From NCBI GenBank assembly GCA_964617105.1, contig CAZTWC010000005.1, positions 1 through 45,204 of the forward strand: a DNA stretch of 45,204 nt, written 5' to 3'. The position numbers were made by a program, and so were the translations under genes. The stretch comes from an uncultured Myxococcia bacterium (GTDB lineage: Bacteria; CAZTWC01). The notes below the pieces were generated by a model that was not told the DNA's origin, did not search any database, and worked only from the letters and a program-made list of their open reading frames with translations. Below, one piece after another: positions 38,697 through 45,204 of the stretch (its first letter is position 1; the number at the start of each line of letters is the position of its first letter).

Positions 38697-39847
38697 GCTA
38701 TGGGATCAAAAATAGTATACTGGGTGTCACGCCGGACCGGCTGCCAACCAGCTCCGGCGATAGCCTCAATCAACTTTTTCTCGGTCATCCCCTGGCTGTT
38801 TTGGCAACCGGCAGCAGCAGCAATCTCCTCCCGGAATAAGGTGCCGCCCAGATCATTGGCGCCCCAATTGATCGCTTCTAAGGCCCCATCCAATCCCATT
38901 TTGACCCAACTGGCCTGGATGCTGGCAATGGTGGCCACAAAAAATAAGCGACAATAGGCGATAAAGGTTAAAATTTCCTCCCGGGTAATCATGGTCTGGC
39001 ATCTATCCGCCAGGGGTGTTTGCCAGGGGATGAAGGGTAGCACCACAAATTCGGTAAAACCACCGCTATTTTCCTGGATACGGCGGATAATCTGCAGATG
39101 TTCCATCCGTTGCTCCCAGTTTTCCAGGTGACCTATCAGTATAGTGGCAGAGGAGGGCAATCCGGTTTTATGGGCCAAAAGGATGATTTTTTCCCAGGTT
39201 ATGCTGTCCAATTTTTGGGGGCAGATCTGTTGCCGCAATTGATCGCACAGAATTTCGGCCGCAGTGCCAGGAATACTCCCTAACCCTTCATTTTGTAAAG
39301 ACTTCAATACATATTCCACCCGGTTTAAATTATACCCGGCCAGGTGGAATATCTCCATGGGTGAGAAACCGTGCAAATGGAGTAGGGGAAATCGTTTTTT
39401 TATCTCTTTAACCAAATGACTGGCGGTTTTTAAATCCAGATGGGGATTGATACCGCTCTGCAGGCATACCTCCTGTAACCCAGTTTGGGATTCCAAAAGT
39501 GGTTTTGATTTTAAGACCGCTGATATTAAATCTAAAATTTGTTCCAAATCCAGGGAATAGCCCTGATTGCTGTCTAAGGGCCTAGAGAAGCCGCAGAAGG
39601 AACAGGTATAGAGACAGCGGTTGGTAATACTGATATTGATATTGTTGACAAATGAAACCCGGTTTCCCCAACGTTTTTGTTTGCAAGAGGCTGCCAGTTG
39701 CTGAAGATTGCCGATCTCTTCTGACATGATAGGATTTTCTACCAACAATTTTACCATATTGGACAATACTTTGTTGCAACTCTTGTTGAACTTTATATGG
39801 ATTCTCATTACAGTTGGGGCGATGCCAGGCTTATTTGCCGGCATCAC
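38690..39847 (-). CDS. cofH: FO synthase subunit 2 (CofH-like radical SAM)
   Basis: TNRCLYTCSFCGF, HLHGFSPMEI, SIPGTAAEIL, CPQK, GHLE, TEFVVLPF, IQASWVKMG, GANDLGGTL..E.I..AAG. True start may be 39757. Confidence 0.85.
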   Translation of the reverse strand: MMPANKPGIAPTVMRIHIKFNKSCNKVLSNMVKLLVENPIMSEEIGNLQQLAASCKQKRWGNRVSFVNNINISITNRCLYTCSFCGFSRPLDSNQGYSLDLEQILDLISAVLKSKPLLESQTGLQEVCLQSGINPHLDLKTASHLVKEIKKRFPLLHLHGFSPMEIFHLAGYNLNRVEYVLKSLQNEGLGSIPGTAAEILCDQLRQQICPQKLDSITWEKIILLAHKTGLPSSATILIGHLENWEQRMEHLQIIRRIQENSGGFTEFVVLPFIPWQTPLADRCQTMITREEILTFIAYCRLFFVATIASIQASWVKMGLDGALEAINWGANDLGGTLFREEIAAAAGCQNSQGMTEKKLIEAIAGAGWQPVRRDTQYTIFDPIAC

Positions 39848-39890
39848 CCAACGTTTTGTGCTTTTTGGTGGCGGGATTTAGGTTTCGGAC

Positions 39891-40253
39891 TTATTTTTTG
39901 GGGTCAGCCAGTTTGACCTCTTTTTTGTGTTTGCAATCGCCCTTGCACTCACCTTTACATTCGCATTTGTGTTCGGCTGCTTTTTTATGCGGGCATTCCC
40001 CTTTTGCTTTTTTGCACTTACACTCGTGCTGCTTAGCCTCTTTTTTGTGTTTGCAATCACCCTTGCACTCACCTTTACATTCGCATTTGTGTTCGGCTGC
40101 TTTTTTATGAGGGCACTCACCTTTTGCTTTTTTACATTTGCACTCGTGATGCCCGGCACCAGACGTATCTTTATCACAGGCCAGCGATTGGCTTATATTG
40201 GCAGTCATCATTAAAAATACGATGGCCGCTAAACAAACAAGTATTTTTTTCAT
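39891..40253 (-). CDS. Secreted small Cys/His/Lys-rich metallothionein-like protein with an internal duplication
   Basis: Signal peptide MKKILVCLAAIVFLMMTANISQSLA; the 95-aa mature part has 15 Cys and 9 His with CxC motifs. AGGAG RBS. Confidence 0.8.
   Translation of the reverse strand: MKKILVCLAAIVFLMMTANISQSLACDKDTSGAGHHECKCKKAKGECPHKKAAEHKCECKGECKGDCKHKKEAKQHECKCKKAKGECPHKKAAEHKCECKGECKGDCKHKKEVKLADPKK
39917..40148. repeat. 120-bp period tandem duplication within the metallothionein-like gene
   Basis: 39917-40028 versus 40037-40148: 7 differences, all synonymous in the 39891..40253 frame. Confidence 0.93.
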
Positions 40254-40256
40254 GGT

Positions 40257-41300
40257 TTACTCCTTTTTACCCTGGCACATCTTGGCCATATCTACCTCTA
40301 ACTCAGAACAGAGCGAGGTGGTACATTTTTCCTGGCATTTTTCTGAACAGACCTCTTTGCAATCATCCGGACAGGAAACTTTGCAAACTGATCGTTTGGC
40401 CTTGAAAGTAGTAGGTGTATCCTGGTTGAAGTTCATGTTAACTACGCCATCAACCTTGATGCCGATGAATTTTAACTGAGTGGTGAAACAGCCCGCCCCT
40501 GCTGAGGGGAGACAGTCTCCTTTGAGCCATTGCAATCCTTTAATGGAGAAATCGCCATCCAGGTCTGCTGATACCATCTTTACAGAACCTTTAGCATCCA
40601 CGGTAATTCCATCCTTAGTGATCACCAGTTTGAACTCTTTGTAAGTTAGTTCATTTTCCGCCTTATCCTGTCCGAATTTTACGTCTGCAGTTACATCGAC
40701 AGTTAACTCTTTGTCGGTTTCACTCTCCTTTTTAGTCAATACTACGCTGCTTTTACCGTCAAAGAGAAAGTTATCAACTTTGAAGTCTTTAAATTCGGCT
40801 TTGACCGTAATCGGGTTTGGGGCTAAAACCGCATCAACTTTTAACGTCCCATTAAGGGTCATTTGGGCCATTTTGGCCTGACAATCGGTCAAAATCGCTT
40901 CGCCACTCAAGGTTTTTAAATAGCCGGTACTCTCATCCACCTCTTTGGTCCAGGTCAATTTGACACAGTTTTTGTCGGTAACAATCGAATTGCCGTAAAT
41001 AGCATCTTCCAAAGCGGCTTTGGTATCTTCTTCGGAGGGGTTTTCTCCCAAGCCGTTGATACTATTCAAACCTTCGCCCAGGGGTGCGGCCACAGCAAAA
41101 ACAAATCCTGTGCCTTTAACCGTATTTTCCGCCATTTCAGAGGCTGCTCCCGGATCGAGATTACTGGTATCTCCATCACCATTTTGTTTAGACTCGTCAT
41201 CTTTTTTCTTATCATCCTCACTAATCAATTCCTGGATATCACAGGCTGAGATGGTGAAAGAGATCAGTATAATCAGCAACAGACATAACTTTTTTAACAT
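40257..41300 (-). CDS. Lipoprotein of unknown function with C-terminal CX3C repeat
   Basis: Lipobox ISAC, beta-rich body, tail CKVSCPDDCKEVCSEKCQEKCTTSLC. Confidence 0.8.
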   Translation of the reverse strand: MLKKLCLLLIILISFTISACDIQELISEDDKKKDDESKQNGDGDTSNLDPGAASEMAENTVKGTGFVFAVAAPLGEGLNSINGLGENPSEEDTKAALEDAIYGNSIVTDKNCVKLTWTKEVDESTGYLKTLSGEAILTDCQAKMAQMTLNGTLKVDAVLAPNPITVKAEFKDFKVDNFLFDGKSSVVLTKKESETDKELTVDVTADVKFGQDKAENELTYKEFKLVITKDGITVDAKGSVKMVSADLDGDFSIKGLQWLKGDCLPSAGAGCFTTQLKFIGIKVDGVVNMNFNQDTPTTFKAKRSVCKVSCPDDCKEVCSEKCQEKCTTSLCSELEVDMAKMCQGKKE

Positions 41301-41380
41301 TTTTTCTCCTTTTTTAGTTGATGGCCATATCTATGACCGGATTTCTTCATTAGTTATTACTTTTTAATAAGTTATTAGTG

Positions 41381-41710
41381 TTATTCATCTTCATCTTCTT
41401 CGTAATCAATCACTATCTCCAACCTATCCAGATAATCCTGCAACTCTTTTATCAACGAGTCAACTTTTTCTTTATCTTCCTGCTCAGCGGCAAGTTCCAT
41501 TTCTTTTCCTATCTGGCTGATACCGGTAAATCCATATCCACCACCAGAACCTTTCATGCGATGCCCTTTGACGTTGATTTGTTTAAAAAGGTTTTCTTTC
41601 AGCGCTGCCTGGAGGGTTTGAATATCTTCTCTGCGGTTTTCCAAGTACCCAGGGATCAACTCCTCTATATCTTCATCGATGTGAACTATTATTTTTTGGT
41701 TGTCTTCCAT
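41381..41710 (-). CDS. Stand-alone Hpt domain protein
   Basis: ELIPGYL...GHRMKGSGGGYGF..IS.IG.EME.AA. Confidence 0.9.
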   Translation of the reverse strand: MEDNQKIIVHIDEDIEELIPGYLENRREDIQTLQAALKENLFKQINVKGHRMKGSGGGYGFTGISQIGKEMELAAEQEDKEKVDSLIKELQDYLDRLEIVIDYEEDEDE

Positions 41711-41739
41711 ATTTCCTCCTGCAGGTGGACGTTTTAATT

Positions 41740-43350
41740 TTAACCAAAGGTTATTACATTTTTAATAGTTTGCAGTAGTACGGTTGGGGAGAAAGGCTTA
41801 TGCAGAAAGGGAATATTCTTTTGTTCAATAACGGAGATCATGGCTCTTTCGTCAGAGTAGCCACTAGTTAGAATAACCGGCATCAACGCATTTTTTTCAA
41901 GGATATACTCTATAACCTCTACTCCGTTTTTATCGGGAAGCACCACGTCACTGAACACCAGATCAAAATCACCCTCTTTCTGGTTGAACATTTTGATGGC
42001 ACTATCAGCGTTGTCGGCTTCAAAAACCTGGTACCCGTTTTCAGTAAGCACTCGAAATATAAATTTTCGCACCCGATTATCATCTTCTACCAGTAAAATT
42101 TTCTCCCCATTACCAATCAAGTTTTTCATCAATTCGGAATCATCAACATCATCTAATACTGTCGGTAATTCCGATTCTATTGGCAAAAATAGATCAAAGC
42201 AGGTGCCTTCACCTAGAGTGCTTTCTACATGAATTAATCCTTTATGCTGCGAGATAATGCTATAAATTATAGACATTCCCAGCCCGGTTCCTTTGCCAAT
42301 TTCCTTGGTGGTGAAAAATGGCTCAAAAATACGTTCTCTGGTGTCCTTGTCCATGCCCTCGCCGGTATCTTTAACAGTGAGGTGAACATATTCATCCACC
42401 TTATCCTGCTTTTCATCTTGATCTTCTGGGGTTAAACTTGGCTGCTTAAGTTTTTTAAACGCAGATAATTGGTTAAATTTTACCTGTTCAGATTTAATCA
42501 GCAACTGACCGCCTTCAGGCATGGCATCGCGGGCATTTATAGCCAGATTCATAATCATCTGCTCCATCTGGCCCAGGCCAAATTTGAAGCTTTCAATTTT
42601 TTCATCGCACTGAACCTGCAATTCAATATTTTCACCAATGGTCCGGCGCAGCATCTTTTCCATATCTCTCATCATTTGGGGTAAATTAACCATGATGGAT
42701 CTAATTACGTGTTTACGGCTTAGAGCCCGGAGTTGCAGGGTAAGAGCGGTGGCTCTATCTCCCGCTTTACGGATTTCGTTGAGATCACTTTGTACGGGGT
42801 GCTGTTCGTCAAGGCTGTAGCCTATTAACTCGCAATATCCATTTATGGTCATCAGCAGGTTGTTGAAGTCGTGGGCTACCCCTCCAGCCAATCGGCCCAG
42901 AGCATCCATTTTTTGCGACTGGTATAGTTGTTCCTGCAGTTTTTGTTTTTCCAGTTGCATTTGCTTACGTTCATAAGCATATTGGATGGATCTTTTTAAA
43001 AACCGTTTATCTATTGATTTTTTAACCAGATAGTCCTGGGCTCCTTTCTTTACCGCAATGATGCCTAAATTTTCATCGTCCTGACCGGTGAGTACCACTA
43101 CGGCCAAGTCAGGTTTGACCTGTTGAATCTGGTCGAAAGTGTTAATACCTTCACTGTCCGGCAAACCCAAATCCAGCAATACCACGGAAAAGTCGCTTTG
43201 CATTAAAGTCCGGAGTCCCTCTTGCAGAGAAGTAGACCTATAGAGTTTGAACAGTCCTTTCTTCTCAGCCTTTTTCAGCATGACTTTGATCAACAATGCA
43301 TAATCATCGTCATCTTCGATTAGTAACAGTTTCTTTATATTGTTAACCAT
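41740..43350 (-). CDS. Cytoplasmic hybrid histidine kinase (REC-HisKA-HATPase-REC)
   Basis: [59 protein letters not shown]-terminal REC. Confidence 0.95.
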   Translation of the reverse strand: MVNNIKKLLLIEDDDDYALLIKVMLKKAEKKGLFKLYRSTSLQEGLRTLMQSDFSVVLLDLGLPDSEGINTFDQIQQVKPDLAVVVLTGQDDENLGIIAVKKGAQDYLVKKSIDKRFLKRSIQYAYERKQMQLEKQKLQEQLYQSQKMDALGRLAGGVAHDFNNLLMTINGYCELIGYSLDEQHPVQSDLNEIRKAGDRATALTLQLRALSRKHVIRSIMVNLPQMMRDMEKMLRRTIGENIELQVQCDEKIESFKFGLGQMEQMIMNLAINARDAMPEGGQLLIKSEQVKFNQLSAFKKLKQPSLTPEDQDEKQDKVDEYVHLTVKDTGEGMDKDTRERIFEPFFTTKEIGKGTGLGMSIIYSIISQHKGLIHVESTLGEGTCFDLFLPIESELPTVLDDVDDSELMKNLIGNGEKILLVEDDNRVRKFIFRVLTENGYQVFEADNADSAIKMFNQKEGDFDLVFSDVVLPDKNGVEVIEYILEKNALMPVILTSGYSDERAMISVIEQKNIPFLHKPFSPTVLLQTIKNVITFG

Positions 43351-43436
43351 GATAAAATTAAAAAATTATAAATTAAAATAAAGAATCGGAACAAAGGAGA
43401 AAATGGGGTTGATTTGATAATTGGCTGCAAAGAGCC

Positions 43437-43802
43437 TCAGTTTCCCACTAAAATTTTAACAGTTTGAATAAGTTCATCTTTATTAAAAGGTTTTATAATC
43501 CAACCTTTAGCCCCGCCTTTTTTCCCCTCATGCATCATTTGGTCGCTGGACTCAGTGGTTAGCATCACTACCGGAGTAAATCGGTGGGCAGGCATTTTTT
43601 TGATTTCGCTCAACAGAGCGATGCCGTTCATTTTGGGCATATTAACATCCAGCATAATTAATTCAGGTACGTAGGTGGAAAGTATTTCCAGGGCTTCCGG
43701 ACCATCTGGAGCCTCTTTTACTTCGTAGCCGCCTACTTGTAAAGTTAATTTTACCATCGCCCGCAGAGAGGGCGAGTCATCCACAACTAATACTCTCTTC
43801 AT
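43437..43802 (-). CDS. CheY-like response regulator
   Basis: MKRVLVVDDSPSLR, DVNMPKMNG, FTPVVMLTTES, GAKGWIIKPF. ATG 43802 follows GAGGA. Confidence 0.92.
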   Translation of the reverse strand: MKRVLVVDDSPSLRAMVKLTLQVGGYEVKEAPDGPEALEILSTYVPELIMLDVNMPKMNGIALLSEIKKMPAHRFTPVVMLTTESSDQMMHEGKKGGAKGWIIKPFNKDELIQTVKILVGN

Positions 43803-43818
43803 TGATTTATCCTCTGTC

Positions 43819-44478
43819 TTAAAATAGGGTGACTCCCTTTTTCTTTTCACTGTCAAACTGGAGACCGAAATGTTTAGAAAAAACCTTTTGTTCTTCCAGG
43901 TGGGTATATATAGTTTTGATTTTTTGCTTAATCTCCTCCATTTGATCACTCTGATTTAGTAAGGTCTTCAATTCCTTCGGATCTATGGGGTGGCCATTTA
44001 GATTGTCCAGCAACTCCAACACTTTAATTGTTCGCTCGAGCCCTTGCCTGATGCGATCGTTATATTGAAGTTCTAAAATAAGTGGTTCAGTAAGCCCCAT
44101 AATCATATCTTCTTGTTTACCAATACTCTTCATGCTCTGGTAAAATTTTTCTACTTCCTGCCCGGTCATGTCTTTCGGGTGGCTATTGTCTTCAAGTTGA
44201 GTTGATTTGTTTTCGCCCAGGTAATCTTCTACCACCACCTGTAATTTTTTAACAAAATTTTTATCAATATCACGGTGAGCATAGACCTTGGCCATCATAT
44301 CTTCCACATTTTTTTTATGGACCGCTACACTTTTATACAGTTTAGCAATGGTTTCAAATACCCGGTTGGTTTCGTTTTCGATTCTGGACGCCAGAGTCTG
44401 TAGTTGCTTTTTGAGCAAGGTGACAACTTGGTAGTTAATGGCAGTGATTTCTTTAAACTGTTCTTCCATAATGTTCAA
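43819..44478 (-). CDS. Helical chemotaxis-associated protein with LQ[FY]xDxxxQ motif (CheZ-like / truncated MCP-like)
   Basis: LQYNDRIRQGLE, C-terminal GVTLF, immediately upstream of the CheY-like gene. Start may be ATG 44469. Confidence 0.6.
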   Translation of the reverse strand: MNIMEEQFKEITAINYQVVTLLKKQLQTLASRIENETNRVFETIAKLYKSVAVHKKNVEDMMAKVYAHRDIDKNFVKKLQVVVEDYLGENKSTQLEDNSHPKDMTGQEVEKFYQSMKSIGKQEDMIMGLTEPLILELQYNDRIRQGLERTIKVLELLDNLNGHPIDPKELKTLLNQSDQMEEIKQKIKTIYTHLEEQKVFSKHFGLQFDSEKKKGVTLF

Positions 44479-44707
44479 CTTTATATAGAGATGGAAATAA
44501 TAATATCATTAAATAGTACCTGCTATCGATACTCAAATAATATAACTATAACTTAAAGAGTTTGTCAATTCTTTTGGTAAAATTAACCAGCCCGGGCAAG
44601 ACTTTTAGCCTTTGAAGAAATATTTTTCTTGCCAAATAACTTTGCAATTATTATAATTATATAAGATTTGCTTTTCTCGAAAGCGGTTAATCCTTAAGGG
44701 GCTGTCT

Positions 44708-45187
44708 GTGAAAAAAATATTAATAGTAGATAACGAAGAGATACTGCGGCTTGCTGTAAAAAAGAATCTATCTCAGATCGGTTACCAGGTTTATGTTGCA
44801 TCCAATGGTCAGGAAGGGTTTAAAATATTTCAGGAAAAAAAACCTCAAATGGTTATTTTGGATCTGAAGATGCCAGTTATGGGCGGACTTGAGGCTTTGC
44901 AGAAGATCAAGAAGATAAGTCAGGAAACAGAGGTAGTAATCATAACCGCTTTTGCCGATATGGAAACCTCTATTCGAGCGATAAAACTGGGGGCATTCGA
45001 CTATATACAGAAGCCAGTAGATTTTGAACAACTTGAGATTGTGATCAGCCGGGGGTTTGAGAGGATAGAGATGCGGCAAAGATTGGCAGACCAGGTAATT
45101 CAATTAGAGAATGCCCTGGCTCAGCGAGATCAAGCGATACAACGGCGTATAAAGGGTGTTGAAAAGCACCAAATCCATTTCGACTAA
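44708..45187 (+). CDS. Response regulator: REC plus short coiled-coil tail
   Basis: ILIVDNE, ILDLKMPVMGG, VIITAF, GAFDYIQKP. GTG start. Confidence 0.88.
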   Translation: MKKILIVDNEEILRLAVKKNLSQIGYQVYVASNGQEGFKIFQEKKPQMVILDLKMPVMGGLEALQKIKKISQETEVVIITAFADMETSIRAIKLGAFDYIQKPVDFEQLEIVISRGFERIEMRQRLADQVIQLENALAQRDQAIQRRIKGVEKHQIHFD

Positions 45188-45204
45188 ATTTATCCAAAAT
45201 GGCA

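Noticed and set aside
38690-39847. MqnC/MqnE menaquinone enzyme
   Set aside because: PGTAAEIL and QASWVKMG motifs plus a linked cofG favour CofH; no other mqn genes are present.
39878-40214. Alternative-frame ORFs over the 120-bp duplication
   Set aside because: Copy differences are synonymous in the 39891..40253 frame, which also has an RBS and signal peptide.
36407-41300. Ranthipeptide/sactipeptide RiPP cluster (Cys-rich peptide beside radical SAMs)
   Set aside because: The radical SAMs show no SPASM/RRE features, two are clear CofG/CofH types, and the Cys-rich proteins carry Sec or lipoprotein signals.
43803-43949. N-terminal extension of the CheY-like ORF
   Set aside because: It overlaps the upstream gene; the RBS and domain start indicate ATG 43802.

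Overview
Bacterial scaffold with three 10-N assembly gaps. Gene content suggests a deltaproteobacterial-type (Myxococcota/Desulfobacterota-like) organism; this is an inference. In order, the window holds: (1) a minus-strand flagellar cluster flgF-flgG-flgA-flgH-flgI plus a FlgJ-type rod-binding/M23 peptidase fusion missed by the ORF track, with two sigma54 promoters; (2) a c-di-GMP/chemosensory block (PilZ protein, REC proteins, REC-GGDEF cyclase, poly-HAMP chemoreceptor, STAS protein); (3) a GMC oxidoreductase abutting a lipoprotein, and a DUF374-like gene; (4) a GldAFG-like ABC system with a DUF4340-like gene, then rpoZ; (5) ornithine carbamoyltransferase next to a cDPGS/ArcE-like (probable arginine synthetase) gene; (6) a 3567-aa lipoprotein made entirely of 4-Cys repeats, with its own sigma54-type promoter; (7) a cofH / third radical SAM / cofG operon preceded by a secreted metallothionein-like protein and a lipoprotein with a CX3C tail; (8) a phosphorelay/CheY block. 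The most unusual part is 25.4-41.3 kb. No rRNA, tRNA, CRISPR array or mobile element was recognised.
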